NCBI GenBank assembly: GCA_900319225.1
Contig: ONNV01000001.1
Span: 96,663-160,662, forward strand
Direction of reading: 5' to 3'
Origin: an uncultured Prevotellaceae bacterium
GTDB taxonomy: Bacteria > Bacteroidota > Bacteroidia > Bacteroidales > Bacteroidaceae
DNA length: 64,000 nucleotides
Both the position numbers and the translations under genes were made by a program. The first letter of the stretch is position 1; every line of letters begins with the position of its first letter. A model generated the notes under the pieces. The model was not told the DNA's origin and ran no database searches. It worked only from the letters and a program-made list of their open reading frames with translations. Shown piece by piece: positions 36,343 to 45,280 of this stretch.

Positions 36343-38904
36343 TTATTTAATCTCGTATTTCAAACTCTTAAGAACCGTCAGGTCCGATGACGGCCCGTAC
36401 AGAATCTCATACTTACCCGGCATGGTGGCCATCACGTTGTGGTTGGTGTCAAACCACTCAAATGACTCAGAGGTGAGTTCAAACTCAACATCCACGCTGT
36501 TGCCGGCAGGAATTGACACGCGCTTGAATCCGCGCAGGGCGTGGCTGGGACCCTCTGTGTCACCGGGACGGCGCAGATAGAGCTGCACAACCTCATCACC
36601 GTCAACCTTTGATGTGTTCTTTACGTTAACCGTAACGTAAACCTTATCTCCATCCTTGCGGATCTTGGCCTTGCCGTACTTGAATGTGCTGTAGCTCAGA
36701 CCGTATCCGAACGGATAGAGAGGCTTCTCTGTCATATAGCGGTAGGTACGTCCCTTCATTGAGTAGTCCTCAAAGTCAGGCAGCTGGTCTGTAGATGCAT
36801 AGAAGGTAACGGGCAGACGGCCACCGGGGTTGTATGTTCCGTACAGGACCGATGCAACCGCGTTACCGCCCTCCTCACCGGGATACCAAGCCTGCAGTAT
36901 GGCGTCACAGGCAGGCTCTACATCGGTCAGACCCATGGCTGATCCGCTGAAGTTTACGAATACCACCTTCTTGCCGGCAGCCTTGAGTGCCTTAACAAGC
37001 TCTGTCTGGGCAGCGGGGAGCTCAATCTTGGTGCGGTCACCGCCGCGGAATCCGTCAATGCTTACCGGCATCTCCTCACCCTCAAGTGAGGGAGAGATAC
37101 CTCCTGCAAATATCACTACGTCTGCATCGGCACATGCGGCTACGGTCTTGTCAACGCTAACCTCCTCTTCATAACCCAGATCGAATGAGAGTGAGGCAAG
37201 ACCGCTGCGGCAGCTGTAATTTATTACGATCTCATAGTCCTGACCGGCCTTGGCATCCAGGGTGTATACCTTACGTGACTCGGTGCTGTTACGTCCGGTT
37301 GCCACGCGGCGTCCGTTGACGCTGATTGATGCCTGGCCCTGGTTCTGCATGTAGAATGCCACCTGGCCGTCCTCATTGGCATGGAAGGTGGATGTGTAAC
37401 GGGCTGCAAAGTTCTCCAGGTTTACATTGGGTGCAAAAACGGTAGCACCGCCGGTTGAGAATCTCAAAGGAGTGGCATTGTGACGCAGCACGTCGGGCTC
37501 ACCATCGGCACGGGCGTTGTTCCAGTACTGGGCATCAAAGCCCTGCTGGCCGCTTGCACTGGTCTGGCTGAACAGGCTTATCAGAGCCAGTGAGTTTGAT
37601 GCGTAGTCACAACCGCGCATATACTCAACCTTGGCACCGGTAGCTTTGACTGCCTCAAGCAGGGTCACGGTGCGTGAGGGAGTACCGTTGTAGTTACCCC
37701 ACTGCATTACGGAGTCATTGGCGTTGGGTCCCATGACCACCACCTTATTAATTGTATTAAGGGGCAGGATGCCGTTGTTCTTGAGCAATACCATGCTCTC
37801 CTGAGCCATCTTGAGCGCCAGGGCACGGTGCTCCTTGCTGTCAACCACGCTGTATGGGATCTTGCTCCACTCAACCTGGCTGGGATCATCCATCTCGCCA
37901 AGCTCAAAACGGGCGGTCATGAGGCGTGTGATTGATACGTCTATATCAGACTCCTTGATAAGACCGTCCTTTACAGCCTGAACCAGCTGGGCGTATGAGC
38001 TTCCGCACTCCAGGTCAGTACCTGTGAGTACGGCCTTGGCTGTGGCGTGCTTGGCATCGGGCTCAGTGTTGTGATGACCCTGTGTAAAGAAGTCATTGAT
38101 GGCCCAGCAGTCCGATACCACAATACCCTTGTAACCCCATTCGTTGCGCAGTATCTGCTGGAGCAGACGGTTGCTGCCGCAGCATGGCTCATCCTCATAG
38201 CGGTTGTAGGCGCACATCACTTCTTTGACATCGGCCTCCTGAACCAGTGCCTTGAAGGCTGGCAGGTAGGTCTCACGCAGGTCACGGGGTGCAATGTTCT
38301 CGGCATTGAACTCATGACGGTTCCACTCCGGGCCGCTGTGCACCGCAAAATGCTTGGCGCAGGCGTGCAGCTTGTCATACTTGGAACCGGCAGGGCCTTG
38401 CAGTCCGTTTACTACCGATACACCCATCCTGGATGTAAGGTAGGGGTCCTCACCGTATGTCTCCTGACCGCGGCCCCAGCGGGGATCACGGAAAATATTC
38501 ACGTTTGGGGTCCAGAATGTAAGACCCTGATAGCGGCGCAGTCCGCCGTTCTCACTGTACTGTGCTGATTTGGCGCGGGCCTCATCACTTACTGCGGTAA
38601 ATACATCCAGCAGCAGTGCATCGTCAAATGATGCAGCCATACCTATGGCCTGCGGGAAAACGGTAGCAATGCCGGCGCGACCAACTCCGTGCAGAGCCTC
38701 GTTCCACCAGTCATAAGCTTTGATTCCAAACTCAGGGATAGCTGGCGATCCGTTCTGCATAAGAGCGACCTTCTGCTCCAGCGTAAGGCGGCTCACCAGG
38801 TCGGCGGCACGATCGGCTGCCGGCAGATCGGCATTCTTGTAAGGTTGGGCGTAACAGATGACTCCCGTGAAAGCGCATACGAGCGCTGTAAAAATTCTCT
38901 TCAT
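36343..38904 (-). CDS. Glycoside hydrolase family 3 (beta-glucosidase/beta-xylosidase type)
   Basis: 853 aa with a signal peptide: ..NEALHGV..KHFAVHSGPE..GIVVSDCWA.., C-terminal Fn3-like region. A minus-strand TAtaTTTG box lies at 38940-38947. Confidence 0.88.
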   Translation of the reverse strand: MKRIFTALVCAFTGVICYAQPYKNADLPAADRAADLVSRLTLEQKVALMQNGSPAIPEFGIKAYDWWNEALHGVGRAGIATVFPQAIGMAASFDDALLLDVFTAVSDEARAKSAQYSENGGLRRYQGLTFWTPNVNIFRDPRWGRGQETYGEDPYLTSRMGVSVVNGLQGPAGSKYDKLHACAKHFAVHSGPEWNRHEFNAENIAPRDLRETYLPAFKALVQEADVKEVMCAYNRYEDEPCCGSNRLLQQILRNEWGYKGIVVSDCWAINDFFTQGHHNTEPDAKHATAKAVLTGTDLECGSSYAQLVQAVKDGLIKESDIDVSITRLMTARFELGEMDDPSQVEWSKIPYSVVDSKEHRALALKMAQESMVLLKNNGILPLNTINKVVVMGPNANDSVMQWGNYNGTPSRTVTLLEAVKATGAKVEYMRGCDYASNSLALISLFSQTSASGQQGFDAQYWNNARADGEPDVLRHNATPLRFSTGGATVFAPNVNLENFAARYTSTFHANEDGQVAFYMQNQGQASISVNGRRVATGRNSTESRKVYTLDAKAGQDYEIVINYSCRSGLASLSFDLGYEEEVSVDKTVAACADADVVIFAGGISPSLEGEEMPVSIDGFRGGDRTKIELPAAQTELVKALKAAGKKVVFVNFSGSAMGLTDVEPACDAILQAWYPGEEGGNAVASVLYGTYNPGGRLPVTFYASTDQLPDFEDYSMKGRTYRYMTEKPLYPFGYGLSYSTFKYGKAKIRKDGDKVYVTVNVKNTSKVDGDEVVQLYLRRPGDTEGPSHALRGFKRVSIPAGNSVDVEFELTSESFEWFDTNHNVMATMPGKYEILYGPSSDLTVLKSLKYEIK

Positions 38905-38958
38905 GACGTATTATTTGGTTATATCTAAAGTTTCAGGTTCAAATATACTACTTTTTGG

Positions 38959-39903
38959 TCACTCCAGACTTACGGCAGGCCAACCATAGTCCTTATAATA
39001 GCGGTAAGGCAGGTCGTTGAAACGGATATACTCGCTCAGCTGCTCGCGGCGAACGGCCTCGCGAACATCCTGGTTGGAGTGCATGTTGCTGAATATATCA
39101 TAGTAGTCACGGAATATACGTTTGGCACTGGGAGTATAGCCGGCACCATCGGCCACCTGAACAAATGAAGTTACAGTAAAGGTGCCATCCTTGTAATCCA
39201 GAGTCATCATGCCGGCGTGGTTTCCGCCCGATACACACTTGAGCGTATCGCCCGCCGCCTCATACCAGTACACCCAGAAATCACCCCAGACCTGGTCATC
39301 CTCCTCATTGACAATCATCAGGGTGGGGATGCATATCTCTCCCTGCCTGTAATAGGGCGCTACCTCACTTATCAGATAATCACTTATAGCCTTGCGTACG
39401 GCCTGCTCGCGGCGGTTGATGGCTATATAACGTATGCAGTCATCCTTATGTCCGTCAAAATCCGCCATCAGCCACTCTCCATTCACCTTCTCCATAAACA
39501 TCAGGTGCTGCTCAATGTCATGTGCCTCATCAAATGATCCGTCCTCCCATATCTGACGGACGTTGATGGTGGCTATGGCATGGGTGCGGTCTGTCTTCTC
39601 AACGCGGTCCACGTCATAATCGGCAATAGTGCCGCCGTTGCCGGTCACAAAGTAGTAGAGCCACTCATGGTCCAATGCCTCATGCGCGGGCAGACGGTAG
39701 AACATGGTGTCCAGTAGGGAATAGAAATCCGTGGTCATGTAATCACGTGACTTCTCCAGCAACTCATGGTCCGGGATATATTTGCAGAGTTCAAATGCGC
39801 GTTGCTCCAACTGCTTCTCTGTGTCATTGCATGCAGTGGTCAGTAGGGCAATTATGATCAAGGGAGTGATGGTATGTCTCATTTTCATATCATTATTGTT
39901 CAT
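38959..39903 (-). CDS. Hypothetical lipoprotein
   Basis: 314 aa with a lipobox (LLTTAC). No recognised motif. The start is ambiguous (39903, 39888 or 39882). Confidence 0.55.
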   Translation of the reverse strand: MNNNDMKMRHTITPLIIIALLTTACNDTEKQLEQRAFELCKYIPDHELLEKSRDYMTTDFYSLLDTMFYRLPAHEALDHEWLYYFVTGNGGTIADYDVDRVEKTDRTHAIATINVRQIWEDGSFDEAHDIEQHLMFMEKVNGEWLMADFDGHKDDCIRYIAINRREQAVRKAISDYLISEVAPYYRQGEICIPTLMIVNEEDDQVWGDFWVYWYEAAGDTLKCVSGGNHAGMMTLDYKDGTFTVTSFVQVADGAGYTPSAKRIFRDYYDIFSNMHSNQDVREAVRREQLSEYIRFNDLPYRYYKDYGWPAVSLE

Positions 39904-39993
39904 GATTACAAACTTACAAAAAATAGATAAAAGAACACCTCTCGGCTTTTTTTACTATGTTTGCATAATAGAACCAATTATAAATGCCTGCTT

Positions 39994-41982
39994 ATGAAAC
40001 GTTTCGGTATATTGTCTCTTGTGCTTGTATCTGTTCTGGCACTTAATTCATGTGATAAGGATGACCTGGAAAAAGGTAAGGGCGGTGACTATCAGTTCGG
40101 CGCCTCATTCCGTAAGGCCGATCTTTCCGGTGCAACTTCACTGGTACTTGCTTCAGGCAAGAGTGAAACCCGCAGTTCAATAACCAAAGGTGACGGCGGT
40201 GATGACGGTCACGACGGTCACGGCGGTGGTGAGCAGCATATCGACTACGGTTATTCCGCTCCGCTGTATAAGGTATCGGCCGATGGAAGCATGGTTGAGG
40301 TTAATTACGAGATTGAGGTTACCACAACCGGTGAGACCGATGAGGGTGAGTCATATGAACTGAAGGATTCCCTGCAAGCCAACCTGAGACTTAAGATAGA
40401 GTATATCTACGGCATAAATGACAAGTGGCTGATGCTCTATAACTGCAGCTATGACTATCCCGGTTATGAAGAACTGCCGGAAGGCCATTTCAAGAATGCA
40501 CTTAGACGCCTGCTGGAAGAAGACAATAATATGAGGCGGAACTATATGGTTCGTCTGGAAGACGGTGCGCTGTTCCTGCTTGAAAAAGGCGGGCATACTC
40601 CCGGTCTAGGCAGAACGCAGACTCACACCCAGACTGAGAGTGTGGCGGCTATGGAGATGATAGGCAATGATATCTATTATCTTGACCATGGGCCAAGGTT
40701 GATAAGGATGGAGGATCGTGGCAATACATTGAATGTTGTACAGGTTCTCAGTGACAATATCTATAATGATTATATCCTGAATAATGGTTCTGTATTGGGA
40801 GTGGTTCCCAAGTTTGAGACCTCAGGCAGAGAAACTCAATTTGGAAAGCCGTCCATAGTATTCCCCGGACGTAATTCAACCGTTCAGGTAAGCGGCATAG
40901 GCCTTGATGATAGGGACGTTGAGCTGTTTATGGTAGATAATGAATACTATGTGTCAAGAAACAACGGAGCTGTATTAGATGAGATTGACTATCCTAAGGG
41001 GAATGCATACCTTATAATTGGAGAGAATGAATACCAGATGAATATAATGGAAGACAGTTCTTATTATTCCGTATATAATGTCTCTGTTCCGGCTGGTTCC
41101 AAGATTTATTTTAAGAAAGAGGATGGAGAGAAGGTACTACTTTGCAAGGACACCTACGGCGGTTATGATGTAGAAGGTGCCATTGTAGGTGATCTGCGCA
41201 ATGAGAATAATCTTCCTCAAAGCTACGTACCAATGACTGTTGCAGAAACAGGTAATTATGAGTTTTATGTTAGTATTTTTAGCCAGATTTTGCTGTATGC
41301 CCCTGAAGGCTGGAGCAAGGATGTATTTCCGTCACATAACATTACATTCGGTTATGACAGATACGAGCGTGGTGACGAGGCTGCTGTCTACAAGGTTGGG
41401 ATATCGGGCTATACGGCATCATTAAGTGAGGAGCCTGTATTAAGGTATATAGGCAGTAGACCCCATTTCACAAGGAACGGTAGTAACGGTCAGCAAGGTG
41501 AATCGGATTATGATACAAGGCACAGAAGGATAATTACCGGTGGAATCTTGACTTGGATAGATGAATTAGCGGACTACTATGCAGTTGTTAACCGTATTGA
41601 CTTTACCACCAGGACATACAGTAAAATGGAACTCACAGGCCATTTCCCTTATGATATATCAAAATATTATGACGGTACGGCTTATGTGGCCGATGGTAAC
41701 AAGGGCTATTATGTATGCACGCTTGCTGATGGCATAGAGAAATACGTGCCCTTTGATTTGTCGGTTTTGAGTCAATACTCAGACGGAATGGCTACATCAC
41801 CATCTGAAGCGGTCTTTATGCCTGAAATCATGCAGTTTAAGATGACTGCTTTCATGAATGACGGTACTCAGCTTGATTTCTATGTCGATATCCAGGGCGA
41901 TGATGCCGGTAAGGCTCGTGTCTATGCAACAGAAGGCAGTGGCTCCGGTATGGTCATCTCATCACTGGTACGTCTTAATTAA
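39994..41982 (+). CDS. Hypothetical lipoprotein (662 aa)
   Basis: MKRFGILSLVLVSVLALNSC lipobox. The start is trimmed from 39961 because a TAtgTTTG box lies at 39956-39963. It has a Gly/Asp/His-rich linker (GDGGDDGHDGHGGGEQH). No other motif recognised. Confidence 0.6.
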   Translation: MKRFGILSLVLVSVLALNSCDKDDLEKGKGGDYQFGASFRKADLSGATSLVLASGKSETRSSITKGDGGDDGHDGHGGGEQHIDYGYSAPLYKVSADGSMVEVNYEIEVTTTGETDEGESYELKDSLQANLRLKIEYIYGINDKWLMLYNCSYDYPGYEELPEGHFKNALRRLLEEDNNMRRNYMVRLEDGALFLLEKGGHTPGLGRTQTHTQTESVAAMEMIGNDIYYLDHGPRLIRMEDRGNTLNVVQVLSDNIYNDYILNNGSVLGVVPKFETSGRETQFGKPSIVFPGRNSTVQVSGIGLDDRDVELFMVDNEYYVSRNNGAVLDEIDYPKGNAYLIIGENEYQMNIMEDSSYYSVYNVSVPAGSKIYFKKEDGEKVLLCKDTYGGYDVEGAIVGDLRNENNLPQSYVPMTVAETGNYEFYVSIFSQILLYAPEGWSKDVFPSHNITFGYDRYERGDEAAVYKVGISGYTASLSEEPVLRYIGSRPHFTRNGSNGQQGESDYDTRHRRIITGGILTWIDELADYYAVVNRIDFTTRTYSKMELTGHFPYDISKYYDGTAYVADGNKGYYVCTLADGIEKYVPFDLSVLSQYSDGMATSPSEAVFMPEIMQFKMTAFMNDGTQLDFYVDIQGDDAGKARVYATEGSGSGMVISSLVRLN

Positions 41983-42019
41983 TAAATCATAATAAGGGCA
42001 TATCTATCCTGTTTTTGTG

Positions 42020-42027
42020 TACCTTTG
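42020..42027 (+). promoter_or_regulatory. -7 promoter box (TAccTTTG) for yhhQ-queF
   Basis: TACCTTTG lies 64 nt upstream of the yhhQ ATG. Confidence 0.55.
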
Positions 42028-42056
42028 CGCCCGAGTAGCGGGAAGTGTCCGCTGCA

Positions 42057-42085
42057 AGTGTGCTTGGAACCACTATAAAAACAAG
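42057..42085 (+). promoter_or_regulatory. Candidate preQ1-I-like riboswitch (H-type pseudoknot)
   Basis: P1 is AGUG (42057-60) / CACU (42071-74). The 10-nt loop UGCUUGGAAC ends in AAC. The A-rich tail is AUAAAAA. CAAG (42082-85) can pair with CUUG in the loop. It sits 5 nt before the ATG of a queuosine-precursor transporter gene. Confidence 0.4.
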
Positions 42086-42090
42086 TAGTT

Positions 42091-42810
42091 ATGTCCTTAA
42101 AAAATGATTCAAATGGACAGCAGGGTCTGTCCGTGACTTTCGTTGTACTGGCAGTGACATTCTGTGTCTGCCTTATAACATCAAACCTTTTTGTGCCAAG
42201 GCTTTGGCGAGTTGGAAACACCTGGATGCAGCTGTCAGGCGCTGTTGTCATTTTCCCTATCTCTTACATAATCAATGACCTGCTGACCGAGGTTTACGGT
42301 TACCGCAAGGCCATGAAGGTTATCTGGATGGGTTTTGCCATGAGCGCGTTCGTGGCTCTGGCTGCAGGTCTTGTAAGTATCCTTCCGGCCCCCATCGATC
42401 CCGGGAATCAGGCTGTTGCCGACAGTTTCAACCATCTTTTCGGCCTCATCCCGCGCACCACAGCCGCATCTCTGCTGGCATTCATACTGGGCTCACACAT
42501 GAATGCATGGGTGCTGTCAACCATGAAGATTGCAACAAAAGGCAAGGGATTCGGCTGGAGAGCTGTTGTATCGAGCATTGTAGGTGAACTGTCCGATTCA
42601 GTGATTTTTTACCCGCTCGCGTTCATCGGCGCAATGCCTTTCAAGACTATCCTGTCAATAATAGTAACTCAGGTGACCGTCAAGACTCTTTATGAGGTGA
42701 TAATCCTGCCTGTGACTGCCTTGATTTCACGCAAACTCAAGGAGAAAGAGGGTATAGACACTTTTGACTACGACATCAAATACAATCCGTTCAAGATAAA
42801 GACCGAATAA
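42091..42810 (+). CDS. yhhQ: Queuosine precursor transporter (VUT/YhhQ family)
   Basis: 239 aa, polytopic: ..[20 protein letters not shown].. is typical of YhhQ. It lies directly upstream of queF. Confidence 0.8.
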   Translation: MSLKNDSNGQQGLSVTFVVLAVTFCVCLITSNLFVPRLWRVGNTWMQLSGAVVIFPISYIINDLLTEVYGYRKAMKVIWMGFAMSAFVALAAGLVSILPAPIDPGNQAVADSFNHLFGLIPRTTAASLLAFILGSHMNAWVLSTMKIATKGKGFGWRAVVSSIVGELSDSVIFYPLAFIGAMPFKTILSIIVTQVTVKTLYEVIILPVTALISRKLKEKEGIDTFDYDIKYNPFKIKTE

Positions 42811-42812
42811 AC

Positions 42813-43325
42813 ATGTCCCAAGACAGAAAGCAGGAGGGCTTGACCGCCCTTGGTAACAAGACAGCATATTCAAACACTTACAATCCGGATGTCCTGGAGG
42901 CGTTTGAGAATCTTAATAAGGAGAATGACTACTGGGTGCGTTTTAACTGCCCGGAGTTTACAAGTCTCTGCCCTATAACCGGACAGCCCGATTTTGCGGA
43001 GATTCGCATCAGCTATATCCCTGATGTAAAGATGGTTGAGAGCAAGTCACTCAAACTCTATCTGCACAGTTACCGCAATCACGGCGGATTCCACGAGGAC
43101 TGCGTGAACCGCATCATGAAGGACCTTATCAAACTGATGGATCCCAAGTACATAGAGGTGACCGGTTTCTTTGTTCCGCGTGGCGGCATATCGATATATC
43201 CCTATGCCAACTACGGCCGCAAGGGCACCAAGTACGAGACTCTTGCCGAGCAGAGAATGTGGAATTGGGGACAGTCCCCTTTTCCACATGTCCCCAATTC
43301 CACATTTTCACATGACAAAGACTGA
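42813..43325 (+). CDS. queF: NADPH-dependent 7-cyano-7-deazaguanine (preQ0) reductase
   Basis: ..[58 protein letters not shown]... The last ~22 codons ([22 protein letters not shown]) are encoded by a hairpin repeat. Confidence 0.9.
   Translation: MSQDRKQEGLTALGNKTAYSNTYNPDVLEAFENLNKENDYWVRFNCPEFTSLCPITGQPDFAEIRISYIPDVKMVESKSLKLYLHSYRNHGGFHEDCVNRIMKDLIKLMDPKYIEVTGFFVPRGGISIYPYANYGRKGTKYETLAEQRMWNWGQSPFPHVPNSTFSHDKD
43258..43312. repeat. GGGGAC-N-GTCCCC hairpin repeat (expanded copy of 25711-25749)
   Basis: TGTGGAATTGGGGACAGTCCCC-TTTTCCACATGTCCCC-AATTCCACATTTTCACA. Confidence 0.85.
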
Positions 43326-43896
43326 ACTTGTATTGAGTTGGTTGGAGGAGCACGGGATAGAGTACCAGGTGCACTATCATCCGCCGTTGCCCACCATTGA
43401 GGAGGCTCTGGCTTATTGGAAAAACATAGACTCCACGCACTGCAAGAACCTGTTTTTCCGCAACCACAAGGGTAACCGTCACTATATGGCCAGTTTTGAG
43501 TGCCATAAGAACCTGGATATCCACGGCCTGGAGCATATAGTAAGGCAGGGTAAGCTGAGTTTTGCCAGCCCCGAGCGTATGGACCGATGTCTGGGCGTTG
43601 CTCCCGGATCAGTCTGCGCCTACGGCCTAATAAATGATATGAACCTGGTGGAGCACGCGGCTGTCATCGCGCCCGACGGCTCACGTGATTTTGGTCAGGT
43701 GAAAGAGGGTGTGAACCCCAAGGAACTGTTCGATAACGGTCACCGCGTAAAATACTTTCTTGACGCAGACCTCAAGAACGCCGATCGCGTATCATTCCAC
43801 CCCTGCGAGAATACAGCCAGCGTTGTAGTAAGCAATGCCGGCTTTATGCGCTTCCTGGAGATCTGGGGCGGTGAGGTGGAGTGGATTGAAGTGTAA
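43312..43896 (+). CDS. YbaK/prolyl-tRNA-synthetase-associated (aminoacyl-tRNA deacylase) domain protein
   Basis: 194 aa from [47 protein letters not shown]... The track ORF start (43171) lies inside queF. The ATG at 43312 is in frame and lies at the end of the repeat. Confidence 0.7.
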   Translation: MTKTELVLSWLEEHGIEYQVHYHPPLPTIEEALAYWKNIDSTHCKNLFFRNHKGNRHYMASFECHKNLDIHGLEHIVRQGKLSFASPERMDRCLGVAPGSVCAYGLINDMNLVEHAAVIAPDGSRDFGQVKEGVNPKELFDNGHRVKYFLDADLKNADRVSFHPCENTASVVVSNAGFMRFLEIWGGEVEWIEV

Positions 43897-43931
43897 AATG
43901 TGGAAAAGGGGACAGTCCCCTTTTTCACATT
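43897..43931. repeat. GGGGAC-N-GTCCCC hairpin repeat at a convergent gene junction
   Basis: AATGTGGAAAAGGGGA-CAG-TCCCCTTTTTCACATT (one arm mismatch). It starts 1 nt after the ybaK-like stop and ends 1 nt before the stop of the minus-strand gene. Confidence 0.8.
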
Positions 43932-44714
43932 TCAGCGAATTATATCCCTAATTATGTCGGTGGGGACGGATAGGGTGGTGATACCCGTTGCGTACGGTGC
44001 AATGTCGTACTGGTTGAATATGAAATCAATGGTATCCTCACGTATCTCAAAGTTCTCCGGTACAAACATGGGCTCATTGCTGAAATAGCCGTGCTCGTCA
44101 AGCTCGTCGCGGCTGCTGCATTCGGCATATTCCAGGAGTAACTGATCCAGGACCGGAATCAGTTTGCTCTCATATCCCGGTTTGAAATAGTTGTCAAGTG
44201 TCACTACGCTGCCATCCTCAAGACGATAGTTGCGGCAGGTAATGAACGTGCCGCCGTGGGCACCGCCCGTATATTGGTAGAAATTGATGAAATGACCTAT
44301 TATGTCCTTGCGGTTGCCGTAATGGACCTCAGTATTAAGCACGTATTCATAGTCAATGTTACGAGGCTCAAAACCCTCCTCCTTGGCATAACGTATCTGC
44401 TCCTTGTTATCCTCTTTGAATATGTTAATCACGGAGTCTATGAATGATATCATCGCGGCACGTACATCGGTAGTACGTTTTCCGAACATGAATTCCGATA
44501 TGTCCCGGTTGAAAGCGTCGGCAAATACCGTATCTGCACCGTGTGCCTTGAGTACGTGCATGTCAAACGAGCATGACGGGTGCTCCTTGCCTTGGGTGTA
44601 GGGCAGGGTCTCCTTGAATGATACATACTGGAACGCATAATCGTCACCCTTGCTACGGCAGGCGGCAAGTGACAGTATTGCGGTGAGCGCAATTATGATT
44701 TTATGGGCTTTCAT
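43932..44714 (-). CDS. DUF3298/DUF4163-type lipoprotein
   Basis: MKAHKIIIALTAILSLAAC lipobox, with the start trimmed to M10 of the track ORF. YQYTGGAHGG is the hallmark of DUF3298. Confidence 0.7.
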   Translation of the reverse strand: MKAHKIIIALTAILSLAACRSKGDDYAFQYVSFKETLPYTQGKEHPSCSFDMHVLKAHGADTVFADAFNRDISEFMFGKRTTDVRAAMISFIDSVINIFKEDNKEQIRYAKEEGFEPRNIDYEYVLNTEVHYGNRKDIIGHFINFYQYTGGAHGGTFITCRNYRLEDGSVVTLDNYFKPGYESKLIPVLDQLLLEYAECSSRDELDEHGYFSNEPMFVPENFEIREDTIDFIFNQYDIAPYATGITTLSVPTDIIRDIIR

Positions 44715-44810
44715 ATCCTTGGTTTTTGTGCGAATATACATAAAACGCAGTTCCGCTACAAAAAAGTGCAGAAAAATGGTTGCTTTGAGTTGTTTTGTCG
44801 CGAAATGTTG

Positions 44811-44818
44811 CTATCTTT
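44811..44818 (+). promoter_or_regulatory. -7 promoter box (TAtcTTTG) upstream of tRNA-His
   Basis: TATCTTTG lies 30 nt upstream of the tRNA 5' end. Confidence 0.55.
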
Positions 44819-44847
44819 GCACCGCTTTAACAGAAAAGCGGTATATG

Positions 44848-44924
44848 GTGCCCGTAGTTCAGTTGGTTAGAGCGTCAGATTGTGGTTCTGAATGTCGTGG
44901 GTTCGAGTCCCACCGGGCACCCCA
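44848..44924 (+). tRNA. tRNA-His (anticodon GTG), with G-1 and an encoded CCA
   Basis: Acceptor GTGCCCG/CGGGCAC with an extra 5' G opposite the discriminator C. Anticodon stem TCAGA/TCTGA with loop TTGTGGT. T-arm GTGGG-TTCGAGT-CCCAC. CCA at 44922-44924. Confidence 0.9.
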
Positions 44925-44961
44925 AAAGAAAAAAGAGGTCATTCGGCCTCTTTTTTCTTTT
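44924..44961. terminator. 15-bp-stem hairpin terminator after tRNA-His
   Basis: AAAAGAAAAAAGAGG - TCATTCGG - CCTCTTTTTTCTTTT. Confidence 0.65.
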
Positions 44962-44980
44962 GGGGTGTCCGGTGGGACTC
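44962..44980. repeat. Inverted copy of the 3' end of tRNA-His (18/19 nt)
   Basis: GGGGTGTCCGGTGGGACTC compared with the reverse complement of 44905-44923 (GGGGTGCCCGGTGGGACTC). Together with the terminator this makes 44905-44980 a near-perfect palindrome with 34-bp arms. Confidence 0.9.
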
Positions 44981-44983
44981 CAG

Positions 44984-45096
44984 TACCTTCTTTTAGTTTG
45001 CTAACGCAAACCCGTTCACTTCGTTCACTCAGCGGCCCTCCGGGACCGCGTTCTCGCTCCAAGCATTCGCTCGCCCCAATACGTTAGCACCTGCGT
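44984..45096. repeat. tRNA-downstream conserved element, copy 2 (homologous to 12781-12894)
   Basis: The same ordered blocks as copy 1, including the identical 19-mer GCGGCCCTCCGGGACCGCG and the terminal CCTGCGT. Confidence 0.8.
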
Positions 45097-45280
45097 GAAT
45101 ATCCAATACCTACGGCATTGGATTGAATGGGAGAACATGCGGATTACCCAGCCATTAAAATGGCTGGCTACCCATATCTTGTGCCTAGCGGCACAACAAC
45201 ATGCCGTAGGCATGGGATTAAGGTAGCCAGCCAATTCATTGGCTGGATCTTTCCAATTATAAATACATTTCCCTTTTGGT

